Of a stretch of 35,764 nucleotides of DNA, positions 9,124 to 17,057 are shown piece after piece. Within the stretch, counting starts at the first letter, position 1. Every line of letters starts with the position of its first letter. The position numbers and the translations under genes are program-made. Below the pieces are notes generated by a model. It was not told where the DNA came from. It saw only the letters and a program-made list of their open reading frames with translations, and did no database searches. The stretch comes from Campylobacterales bacterium (GTDB lineage Bacteria > Campylobacterota > Campylobacteria > Campylobacterales > QNZT01): NCBI GenBank assembly GCA_027056215.1, contig JALULO010000116.1, positions 1 to 35,764 on the forward strand, written 5' to 3'.

Positions 9124-9636
9124 CTATTTTTTATGTAGTTTTACTTCTCCTGTACCCAATTCTTGGAGTACTTTTTGCGCTTTGCTTAGTTCTGCATCAT
9201 TGCCATGAACAAGTACAAGAACTTTACCTTTTTTGAGTAGATCTTCGTAGTGGAGTGCTTCTGTTTCCAAAAGACCAAGATCAACAAGCCATGTTGCCAA
9301 CGCTGTGATCGAACCAACTGTAGCTGCACCACCTACCAAACCTGCTAGTGATGCAACTATCGGACCGGTGGCGACCAAAGGACCAAACCCTGGTACCCAG
9401 AAAAAAAGAGCACCCATAAAAAAGCCCCATAGACCTCCCCAAAAAGCACCTGTTTTGCCCCAGTATAGAACATCTTTATTCTCTTTTTTATACTCAAAAG
9501 AGTCCTCTTGACGTATCTCTCCCTTTCCCAGAACTGAGATATGTTCTTTTCCTAAATCTGCTTTTATAAGTGCTTCAACAGCATTTGCTGCATCATCGTG
9601 TTTGTCATAAACAGCTATAAGTGTATCTTTTTTCAT
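9124..9636 (-). CDS. General-stress-protein-like membrane protein (GSP17M/YflT-like end domains flanking a glycine-zipper TM core)
   Basis: N-terminus: LIAVYDKHDDAANAVEALIKADLGKEHISVLGK. Central G-rich TM segments: GAFWGGLWGFFMGALFFWVPGFGPLV...LAGLVGGAA. A second soluble domain follows. The gene starts 12 nt downstream of hdeD, so the two probably form an operon. Confidence 0.6.
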   Translation of the reverse strand: MKKDTLIAVYDKHDDAANAVEALIKADLGKEHISVLGKGEIRQEDSFEYKKENKDVLYWGKTGAFWGGLWGFFMGALFFWVPGFGPLVATGPIVASLAGLVGGAATVGSITALATWLVDLGLLETEALHYEDLLKKGKVLVLVHGNDAELSKAQKVLQELGTGEVKLHKK

Positions 9637-9648
9637 AACTAACTCCTT

Positions 9649-10233
9649 CTATTTTTTCGTAGTATTGTCGGGGATATTCCCGATTTTTTTGATTTTATTT
9701 CCAATTACGATGAGGGTAATACCATCAAACAATAAACTGATTCCCACAAAAATTCCTATAAGCCAAGCTTCTGCTGCGATAGAAGTCCATGAGATAAGAA
9801 AGATGATTGCCAATAATAATGAGAAAAACCCGTTTAGAGACCAAAGCCACCATCCTTTTGATGGTTTCATCATAGATCCTAGTGCAAAACCGATAAATGC
9901 ATCCAATAGGAAGTAAATAGCCAGTAACAATCCTAGTGTTTCAACACCGACTAGTGGACGTACTAACATAAACACACCTACGCCAATCAGTATAAGTGTC
10001 TTTAGCCAGCCGAGCCAATCATTTTTTTCTGTAACAAAGGTTAAAAAACCAGATACAATACCCCCAAATATCATCAACCATGCAACAAATGCCATAGCAA
10101 ACACTGAGGTATAAAAAGGATATATAATCCCCACAAAGCCTAGTATAACCAATATAACGCCTATGATCATAGCATGTTTGCTATATCTAGGCAAAATATC
10201 AAGATCTGATGGTAACATCGAATAGTTCCACAT
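9649..10233 (-). CDS. hdeD: HdeD-family (DUF308) acid-resistance membrane protein
   Basis: 194 aa with six predicted TM segments built from repeated DUF308-like units (GIILVILGFVGIIYPF..., LIGVGVFMLVRP..., LLFDGITLIVIG). A strong RBS (AAGGAG) precedes the ATG. Confidence 0.75.
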   Translation of the reverse strand: MWNYSMLPSDLDILPRYSKHAMIIGVILVILGFVGIIYPFYTSVFAMAFVAWLMIFGGIVSGFLTFVTEKNDWLGWLKTLILIGVGVFMLVRPLVGVETLGLLLAIYFLLDAFIGFALGSMMKPSKGWWLWSLNGFFSLLLAIIFLISWTSIAAEAWLIGIFVGISLLFDGITLIVIGNKIKKIGNIPDNTTKK

Positions 10234-10292
10234 ATATAACTCCTTATATAATAATTTTCAGTGTTATGATATAAAAATATACGATATATGTC

Positions 10293-10308
10293 TGTTTGTT
10301 GGCTAACA
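10293..10308. promoter_or_regulatory. Site A of the TGTTA-N6-TAACA palindrome (TGTTTGTTGGCTAACA), upstream of hdeD
   Basis: Lies 21 nt from the -10-like TATCAT on the minus strand (plus-strand coordinates 10266-10271). See the regulon finding. Confidence 0.55.
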
Positions 10309-10393
10309 GTTATGCATAAATATTGCTTTGATTGTGTGTTTTTATGATAGCTGAATTATTTGTTAGATAAGGGTGGATGAAGTCTGAGAGGAA

Positions 10394-10423
10394 AGGAAGT
10401 CACCTCTTTGTCAGTGACTTCTT
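10394..10423 (-). terminator. Hairpin terminator after the YfdX gene pair
   Basis: GAAGTCAC (10396-10403) pairs with GTGACTTC (10414-10421) around a 10-nt loop. It starts about 8 nt after the stop at 10431. On the minus strand it is followed by CTTTCCTCTC. Confidence 0.45.
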
Positions 10424-10430
10424 CATGTGC

Positions 10431-11573
10431 TTATTTGACTGTATCTTTTAGATCCTTTTCTACCTCTTTTTTAAAATTTTCTTTATCTAGTTTCGTTTCG
10501 AAACGTTCTTTGCTTCCAGTTTCTTCAACTTTCGCTTTAGCACGTGGATTACCTTCGGTCATTTTTGGTTTGGCGAGTGCTGTGGCTTCTTCTTTTGCAA
10601 CTGAATCGATCAGCGTTGCATAAGCTGTTTTTGATTTTTCATAATCTGTTTTTTGTACATTGCCTTTTTTACTTTTCGTTATAAGTTTGTCTATTTCAGA
10701 CATAAGCGTTTTAGAGGCATTTGATGATGTAGGGAGATAGCCTTCGATGTGTGCCAATTGTAATTGCTCTTTTGCTAGTTGTATTAATTTGGTTTCTTTA
10801 TCCTTTCGTGATTTGGAAAGTTCCTGAGCAGTGGTTATCGCTTCTTGTGAAATAAGTAACGAAATAGGAACCGTCATCTTTGTGTGGACGATTGTATCAA
10901 CACCTCTTAATAAAATCTTAAGTGCTACTTTTGCACCTTTGTTTTGATGGAGAGCTTTAAGTGCCGTTTTTGTTGCAATGGGATAAAGTTCCATAGGCAA
11001 ATAGGCTGTATCAATAGTGAGTTGATTTCGTAGTAGTAACAATAAATCAATCGCATCCTGAGTTTGGTCATTTTCCAAGAGTTTTAGTGACTTTTGTTTG
11101 ATTTTTTGAGCTTCTGTTAGTGTGATACCATGTTCTAGAACAGAGAGGGAGACATCAACTGGTACAAATTTTAATTTTTGATTGTTTTTGAGTGCCTTGT
11201 CAAAGAGTTTAGAAGCAGCTTTAAGGGCGATTGTTGCTGATTTTGTTTTATCTTTTTCTAGTGAAGCCATAGCCTCGTCAGTTAAATCAAGTGCTTGCAG
11301 AATCTCCATAGGTGATTGTGTCAATTTTTGACCTTGTTTTTTAACGGCTTTATTGATGATTTGATGTTCAGGTAGCAGACCAAGTGAATTGTAGTATGCC
11401 AACTCTTTTTTACTTACTTTATAGTGCGCATTGTCAAATCCGTAAAATGAATGGATTGGAACGTCAGCATTTTTGATCATTTTAAGCTCTGTTGGCTTGA
11501 TAGAGTCTGCTGTAAGTATCGTTGTAGCAAGCATAAGTGCTGTTGTGATGGAAAACATGATTTTAGTTTTCAT
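10431..11573 (-). CDS. YfdX-family periplasmic protein with K/E-rich C-terminal extension (paralog 1)
   Basis: Signal peptide present. The YfdX-like core includes ...LKAASKLFDKALKNNQKLKFVPV... and ...IDTAYLPMELYPIATKTALKAL...LLRGVDTIVHTKMTVPI. This resembles the E. coli YfdX pattern YLMPL...A...LL...G..D..., recalled from memory. Confidence 0.7.
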   Translation of the reverse strand: MKTKIMFSITTALMLATTILTADSIKPTELKMIKNADVPIHSFYGFDNAHYKVSKKELAYYNSLGLLPEHQIINKAVKKQGQKLTQSPMEILQALDLTDEAMASLEKDKTKSATIALKAASKLFDKALKNNQKLKFVPVDVSLSVLEHGITLTEAQKIKQKSLKLLENDQTQDAIDLLLLLRNQLTIDTAYLPMELYPIATKTALKALHQNKGAKVALKILLRGVDTIVHTKMTVPISLLISQEAITTAQELSKSRKDKETKLIQLAKEQLQLAHIEGYLPTSSNASKTLMSEIDKLITKSKKGNVQKTDYEKSKTAYATLIDSVAKEEATALAKPKMTEGNPRAKAKVEETGSKERFETKLDKENFKKEVEKDLKDTVK

Positions 11574-11612
11574 AAGTTGATCCTTTTATATGATATTTTT
11601 TATTTTTATACT

Positions 11613-12623
11613 TTAGAAACTATCTGTTTGTGCTTTTTGTTCAAAATGCAACTTATCTTTTGTCTCTTCGGATGAAGCTTGGGCATGTGGTTTTGTTGTA
11701 CTATTCCATACCGAATCATTCTTGGCAATTTTTCGTTTTTCCAGACGCATTTTACGTAAAAGAGCTCCAAAGTCATTTTTTACTTTTTGATAAAGTTTCT
11801 CTGTGTCATTTTTGCCTTTTATTTCTACTTTGAGAGCAGTTATCTGTTTTTCAAGTGATGTATACTCTTTAGAATGTTTACCGATATATCCAAGCAAATG
11901 ATCTTTTTGCAATTCTTGTTGTGCTGCATCAAGTAATGCCGTTGTCTCTTTTTTATTCTTTTTTTCAACTTTTGATGCTGCTGTAACTAAATCTTGTGCC
12001 GTAAGCAGACCGATAGGAATCACAACTCTACTATTTACAAATGTATGCATTCCATCTATCAAAGTCATCAGCGCAACTTTTTTATCCCCTTTTTTAAGTG
12101 CTTCAAGTGCTTTTTTTGTTGCAGTTGGATAAAGATCCATCGGAATATATATGGTATCTATGTCCATCTCATCTGTAAGTGGTTGTAAAATTGCTTTTGA
12201 TTCTTGTACTTTATGATCTTTTAGTAATTTGATAGACATATCGATAGCCTTTTGTATCTCTTTTGGTGTAGCGTCGATGGCATAGAGTCCAATCCTATTG
12301 TTGATAGGTACAAGTTTAAGATTTGGATCTACCTTGAGTGCTTTATCAAATAGCTTTGTTGCTTTGGTAAGTGCATCTTCCGCAGCTTTAGTATCTTTTT
12401 TTTGTATTGCATCTGTTGCAAAAAGGCTATTATTTAAACCAGATATAATATCTTTGGATGCAGTCTTAAATGTTTTTTGCTGTAAAGCTGCTTCTTTTGC
12501 AACGACTTGTTGTGTGAGCTTTGTGTGTGTAGCATGCTGTGATGTAGAGTTTGCCTGTAAAGCTAATGATCCGAACATCAATGCCGCCGCGATAGTTGAA
12601 ATAGAAATAATATTTTTCATCAT
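11613..12623 (-). CDS. YfdX-family periplasmic protein (paralog 2)
   Basis: Same architecture as the downstream paralog: LTKATKLFDKALKVDPNLKLVPI..., IDTIYIPMDLYPTATKKALEAL..., LIDGMHTFVNSRVVIPI. It has a signal peptide and is arranged in tandem with paralog 1. Confidence 0.7.
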   Translation of the reverse strand: MMKNIISISTIAAALMFGSLALQANSTSQHATHTKLTQQVVAKEAALQQKTFKTASKDIISGLNNSLFATDAIQKKDTKAAEDALTKATKLFDKALKVDPNLKLVPINNRIGLYAIDATPKEIQKAIDMSIKLLKDHKVQESKAILQPLTDEMDIDTIYIPMDLYPTATKKALEALKKGDKKVALMTLIDGMHTFVNSRVVIPIGLLTAQDLVTAASKVEKKNKKETTALLDAAQQELQKDHLLGYIGKHSKEYTSLEKQITALKVEIKGKNDTEKLYQKVKNDFGALLRKMRLEKRKIAKNDSVWNSTTKPHAQASSEETKDKLHFEQKAQTDSF

Positions 12624-12691
12624 GAATCTCCTAAAATTTTTTGTAGTTTAATTATATCACTAAATAAAGTTAAATAATAAATATGAAGTTA

Positions 12692-12712
12692 ATTGATGGT
12701 TAACCAATCAAT
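12692..12712. other. Imperfect palindrome ATTGATGGTTAACC(A)ATCAAT overlapping the deaminase stop codon
   Basis: A perfect GGTTAACC core is flanked by ATTGAT/ATCAAT arms with one bulged A. It could be a terminator hairpin or a protein-binding site upstream of the YfdX genes. Confidence 0.3.
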
Positions 12713-13172
12713 AACGTATTTTATGAGGATTGTTATTCCAGTATTTGAAAAGTTCCTGACACTGGTGTTTTGGCGTATGGGTAAATTTGATAGGGTCTTT
12801 GGTATTTTGTTTGATGATTTCAGTGATCAGTACATCATCAAAACCGATTTTTGCGCTTTGTATTTGCGTGTTACAGTAGAAAACTTTTTCGATATGAGCC
12901 CAGTGGATTGCAGCAAAGCACATAGGACATGGTTGCGCGGTAACATAAAGATGGCAACCGTTAAGATGAAAATTTGCTAATTTTTGAGCTGCTTCGCGGA
13001 TAGTCACGATTTCAGCATGTGCTGTAGGATCATTGTTTTTAACTACTTCATTGTGCCTTAGGGCAATCACTTTATCATCTTTGACGATAAGTGCGCCAAA
13101 AGGACCACCATCACCTGCGTCGATCCCCCTTTTGGCTTCTTCAAGGGCGAGTTCCATAAAATCTTGTTTCAT
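12708..13172 (-). CDS. Guanine deaminase (CDA-fold nucleoside/nucleotide deaminase)
   Basis: HAE zinc motif (PTAHAEIVTIREA) and PCPMCFAAI motif. The sequence is colinear by eye with B. subtilis GuaD (GGPFGA.IVKD...NDPTAHAE...C.PCPMC.GAI.WA). I chose the start at the ATG at 13172 (MKQDFMELAL...) because it avoids overlap with the upstream gene. The ORF itself is open to 13205. Confidence 0.8.
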   Translation of the reverse strand: MKQDFMELALEEAKRGIDAGDGGPFGALIVKDDKVIALRHNEVVKNNDPTAHAEIVTIREAAQKLANFHLNGCHLYVTAQPCPMCFAAIHWAHIEKVFYCNTQIQSAKIGFDDVLITEIIKQNTKDPIKFTHTPKHQCQELFKYWNNNPHKIRY

Positions 13173-13185
13173 GTTCCCTAGCCCC

Positions 13186-13887
13186 TTAGTTACGTTGATT
13201 TCCAAAAAACTCTAGAAACATTACAAAGAGATTGATAAAATCAAGATAAAGGGAAAGTGCACCGACGATTGCCACGCGACTGAGGCTTTCTCCTGATCTA
13301 TTTGCCATATCTTCGCCCATAGCTTTTATCTTTTGGGTGTCATATGCAGTGAGTCCCACAAATATAATGACTCCAATCACACTAATCCACCACTCAAATA
13401 CAGGACTCTTAAGAAAAAAGTTGACTACTATTGCGATGATAATACCGATCAAGCCTGCAAACAGGATAGATCCCCATGAACTCAGATCTGTATCTGTAAA
13501 ATAGCCGTAAAGACTCATAACACCAAATGTCAATGCGGTTATGAAAAAAGTCATTGCAATGGAAGTTTCAGTATAGATTAAAAATATACCTCCTAGTGTC
13601 AAACCGTCTACAAATGAGAAAAGGATAAAAAGTACCCGTGCACTAGAAACATCCATCTTATTGATACCTGCAGAAATTGCTACGACCAGTCCTATCTCTA
13701 CCGCTAAAAGTACCCAAATCATATAAGGATTACCAAAGAGGATGTGGATAAGTGTTGGGCTATGTGAAACCATGAATGCAGTTAGACCAGATACCAGTAA
13801 ACCGATCATCATCCAGTTATAAACTGATCTTAACAGCAAGTTGGTATCTGCTTCGCGCAAATGTGTAGTTAAAATATTATTTTGCAT
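13186..13887 (-). CDS. BAX inhibitor-1/YccA-family membrane protein
   Basis: 233 aa with about 7 TM segments. It has the typical family layout, including ...YDTQKIK... before the last TM segments. Confidence 0.85.
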   Translation of the reverse strand: MQNNILTTHLREADTNLLLRSVYNWMMIGLLVSGLTAFMVSHSPTLIHILFGNPYMIWVLLAVEIGLVVAISAGINKMDVSSARVLFILFSFVDGLTLGGIFLIYTETSIAMTFFITALTFGVMSLYGYFTDTDLSSWGSILFAGLIGIIIAIVVNFFLKSPVFEWWISVIGVIIFVGLTAYDTQKIKAMGEDMANRSGESLSRVAIVGALSLYLDFINLFVMFLEFFGNQRN

Positions 13888-13950
13888 ATATTCTCCTTCT
13901 ATAATATGTATTGGTCAAGGAAATTATAGAGAAATTGTCAAGAAAAAGTC

Positions 13951-13966
13951 TGTTAGCTAACAAACA
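13951..13966. promoter_or_regulatory. Site C of the palindrome (minus-strand read TGTTTGTTAGCTAACA; contains the perfect 12-mer TGTTAGCTAACA), upstream of the BI-1 gene
   Basis: Lies 22 nt from a perfect minus-strand TATAAT (plus-strand coordinates 13923-13928). Confidence 0.55.
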
Positions 13967-14033
13967 TTTAGAGTATTATTAGATCGAAAACAAATAGAGC
14001 TATACTATAAAGACTATAGCAAAAAGCTCATAT

Positions 14034-14264
14034 TTATAGTCTGTATGTTTCTTTGATTTTGTGAAGTAGATAATAAGCTATAGTAGTAGAAAATATTACG
14101 TTAATAACGATGAGCCAGATATCGCTGTTTGTTGGCATCACCATGAGATCTTCGCCAAGTTTCGGGTTGGAGTACCAGCCAAAGAGTGTAAAAAGCCTAT
14201 CGATTGCCCAGTAGGCAAAATAAGCAAAAATATTGAAAAGGATAAAAGTGGTGAAGCGGGACAT
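14034..14264 (-). CDS. Small two-TM membrane protein, unknown function
   Basis: 76 aa with two hydrophobic helices. A strong RBS (AAGGAG) lies 6 nt upstream of the ATG. Confidence 0.6.
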   Translation of the reverse strand: MSRFTTFILFNIFAYFAYWAIDRLFTLFGWYSNPKLGEDLMVMPTNSDIWLIVINVIFSTTIAYYLLHKIKETYRL

Positions 14265-14359
14265 AGTTCTCCTTTTTTCAGTGTATGTTCATATATAAGC
14301 ACAAAGCAGTCCTGAAACTGAAAATCAGCATAGATTTCCAGTTTTCGGAAGTAAGAGTT

Positions 14360-14974
14360 TTAGGAAAGGATCTCTTCGATGGTGATATAGTCACCAACTC
14401 TACCGGTCATCTTCTCTGCATCGGTATTTACCGGAAGTGTTTTTTTACCCGGTCTCCAGCCTGCAGGACAGACTTCACCAGTTTTTGTGGCATGCTGCCA
14501 TGCTTCTACCTGTCTTAAGAACTCGTTGACATTTCTACCGACTGAGGGAGCTTGTACTTCCTGTGCGACAACAACACCGTCAGGATTGATCAGAAATCTT
14601 CCACGCAAAGCAATACCTTCATCTTCAAGCAATACACCAAAGGCACGACTTACTTCTTTTGTAGAGTCAGCACCAATGGTGAGTTTAAGATCTTTTAAAA
14701 GAGGCTCAGTTTCTACAAATCTTTTGTGTGAAAATTTTGTATCGGTCGATACCGCCAGGATATCTACACCCATAGCCTGAAATTCATCATATTTTGCATT
14801 CATAGCGGCGATCTCTGTAGGGCATACAAATGTAAAGTCGGCAGGGTAAAAACAGACTACATGCCATTTACCTTTATAGTCGTCACTCTTTACTGTCGTG
14901 TAGTGACCACTTTTCGCGTCATATGCTTCCATCGCAAATTCGGGTGCTTTTCTCATAACCAATGTTGAACTCAT
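14360..14974 (-). CDS. ahpC: Typical 2-Cys peroxiredoxin (AhpC/TsaA family)
   Basis: Peroxidatic Cys motif: FYPADFTFVCPTE. Resolving Cys motif: GEVCPAGW. I chose the start at the ATG at 14974 because AAGGAG lies 6 nt upstream. The ORF is open to 15061. Confidence 0.9.
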   Translation of the reverse strand: MSSTLVMRKAPEFAMEAYDAKSGHYTTVKSDDYKGKWHVVCFYPADFTFVCPTEIAAMNAKYDEFQAMGVDILAVSTDTKFSHKRFVETEPLLKDLKLTIGADSTKEVSRAFGVLLEDEGIALRGRFLINPDGVVVAQEVQAPSVGRNVNEFLRQVEAWQHATKTGEVCPAGWRPGKKTLPVNTDAEKMTGRVGDYITIEEILS

Positions 14975-15135
14975 GTTGTTCTCCTTTTGTTTGTTTTCAT
15001 GTTTAGTCTCGTTTTCAGAGATACCTTCTTCTTTTGCTTCGATTGGATTTTCACATCCCATTTTCGATCCTTATACTTAAGTGATGTTTGAATTATAATA
15101 TCATAAGGATAATAATTAGTAAACGAAAATAATTA

Positions 15136-16980
15136 TTAAATATTTTCTTCTCCTGTACCCCCGAGTCCCTTAATCATAGAAACGGGAAATTCCGTATCGA
15201 CAGAGCGTATGTGTAGATCGCGTTGAGGAAAGGGAATCTCGATGCCGTTGGCATAAAGAGCATCGTAGATGAGGATCAGAAAGCGTGAAGTGGTACGTTT
15301 GGGGTAGAGTATCTCTCGTCCGACGAGCCAGACAAAAAGTTCATAATTAACGCTACTATCGCCCATCTCTGTCATAACAACTCTAGTATAACGCTCTTGT
15401 GTTTTATAGATATTATTGAAGTTACTGGTTTTAACTGCTTCTAGTACAACATCGATTACTTTTTGTGGTTTAGTACCATACGCTACACCAAAGGGAATCT
15501 CAAAACGGCGTATCTTATCATTCATAGTCCAGTTAATGACACGATTTTGGATCAGATCTTGATTGGGTACGATGATGTCAATGTTAGAGTTGGTATTGAT
15601 AGTGATAGAGCGCATTTTGATATCGACTACATGACCTCGGATATTGTCATCAAGTTGGATATAGTCTCCGATCTTAACACTACGCTCTACCATTAAAATG
15701 ATACCGGAAACAAAGTTTGAAATAATATTTTGCAATCCAAAACCGATGCCGACAGAGAGTGCTCCAGCGACTAGGGCGATGGAGCTAAGATCGATACCAA
15801 GTATTTTGAGTACGATAAAGAAAGTGATGATAAAGATCAAATAATAACCCAGATTGGAAAGTAGTGTCCGTGTGCTAGCAGTGATAGTTCTATTTTTCAG
15901 TGAGAGGCGTTTGATTTGATGTTTATAAAAATTTCCAACAAAAAAACCAAGGATAAAAATTAGTAAGGAAATGAAAAGTTTGACGATACTTACCGGAGTT
16001 TTGTTGATCATAAAGAGTGGTTGATTGGTGATTTTCCAAAGGTGTTTTATTTGGCTTTGAAGTTCTTGTATACCTTTTCCCTTGATTGCATCGACTGTCC
16101 CCAAAATAGATTTTTCCATTTGCGTTAGTAAAGTATCAGTATCTTCAGTGATAGTAGGTTCATTACTAATATGTATTTGTAGATAGGTTGTAATCTGCTT
16201 TTGAAGCGTAAAAGCATTGTCGTTTTTTTGTTCCAGTGCGATACTAAAACGTAAAAAAAGTAACTCTAGCTCTTTTTGGGAAAGATTTGTTTGACGATCT
16301 TTGAGTTTCAAAAGTCGATTTTGAACATACTTTATCATGTCTGTACGATCAAGTAGTGTATAGCGTTCTTTTTTGATGAGAATTTTCTGGGTCGAAGTAT
16401 TAATCTTACTCAATTCTGTATCGAGTTTTTTTTGTGCGTTTTGAATCGCTTTTGGATCAAATGTGATATGTTGTATCGCAGTCGTAAGCAATGCTGTGAT
16501 GTGTCTAATCTCCCTTTTTTGTAAGGTTAGTTTTGTTTGTGCCTGTTGCTGCTCTTTGGCATAAAGTGCATAAAATAGTTGTGTTGTGAGTGTGGTAGTA
16601 TTATGATCTTTGATTTGTCTATTGAGCGTTTCTATTTTGTTGGCAGTGATTTGAAGTGCATTTTGGTTTTGTGCTTGTTCCAAACTAGTTTGGATAAAGA
16701 GATCAAATAGTTGTAGATAGCTTTTTTGATCGGTAGGGGTGGGAAGATTGTGTTCTTTTGGTTGTATTGTACGTTTGAGTTTAATCAGTTTATTTAAAAG
16801 TGTCTTTTGTAAGCTGATTTCATCGGTAGTTTTTTTTAAATGAGAAAGCTTCTTGTATAAGGAAGTATAGACTTGTGTATTTCCTGTGATGATTGTACTG
16901 TTAAGATCGGCACTAAAGAGTAGTGATGGGAGGAAAAGCAGACATAGTACCCAACCATTTTTTACAAAGATACGTTTCAA
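15136..16980 (-). CDS. MscK/MscS-family mechanosensitive channel with long periplasmic coiled-coil N-domain
   Basis: Signal peptide followed by about 330 aa of Q/K/L-rich helix, then TM segments. The MscS core is GALSVGIGFGLQNIISNFVSGIILMVERSVKIGDYI. Confidence 0.85.
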   Translation of the reverse strand: MKRIFVKNGWVLCLLFLPSLLFSADLNSTIITGNTQVYTSLYKKLSHLKKTTDEISLQKTLLNKLIKLKRTIQPKEHNLPTPTDQKSYLQLFDLFIQTSLEQAQNQNALQITANKIETLNRQIKDHNTTTLTTQLFYALYAKEQQQAQTKLTLQKREIRHITALLTTAIQHITFDPKAIQNAQKKLDTELSKINTSTQKILIKKERYTLLDRTDMIKYVQNRLLKLKDRQTNLSQKELELLFLRFSIALEQKNDNAFTLQKQITTYLQIHISNEPTITEDTDTLLTQMEKSILGTVDAIKGKGIQELQSQIKHLWKITNQPLFMINKTPVSIVKLFISLLIFILGFFVGNFYKHQIKRLSLKNRTITASTRTLLSNLGYYLIFIITFFIVLKILGIDLSSIALVAGALSVGIGFGLQNIISNFVSGIILMVERSVKIGDYIQLDDNIRGHVVDIKMRSITINTNSNIDIIVPNQDLIQNRVINWTMNDKIRRFEIPFGVAYGTKPQKVIDVVLEAVKTSNFNNIYKTQERYTRVVMTEMGDSSVNYELFVWLVGREILYPKRTTSRFLILIYDALYANGIEIPFPQRDLHIRSVDTEFPVSMIKGLGGTGEENI

Positions 16981-17057
16981 CTAAATTTCCCTTTTGGATG
17001 ATGATTTTTACGATAAACACATAGCATAATACATTCCTATTTATAATCTATTTTGTA

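Noticed and set aside
10361-10376. TGTTAGATAAGGGTGG, a left half-site of the palindrome between the YfdX terminator and site A.
   Set aside because: There is no matching right half and no appropriately spaced -10 element. This is probably chance.
14975-15061. 29-codon in-frame N-terminal extension of the peroxiredoxin ORF (MGCENPIEAKEEGISENETKHENKQKENN).
   Set aside because: A strong AAGGAG RBS precedes the internal ATG at 14974. Peroxiredoxins of this family start near MSSTLV... The extension is most likely 5' UTR.
15062-15135. PerR/Fur-like boxes upstream of the peroxiredoxin gene (ATTATAATATCATAA; GATAATAATTAGTAAAC).
   Set aside because: Matches to the PerR (TTATAATNATTATAA) and Fur consensus sequences are partial. 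They cannot be distinguished from background in such AT-rich DNA. Only the palindromic ATTATAAT -10 candidate (15092-15099) is notable.
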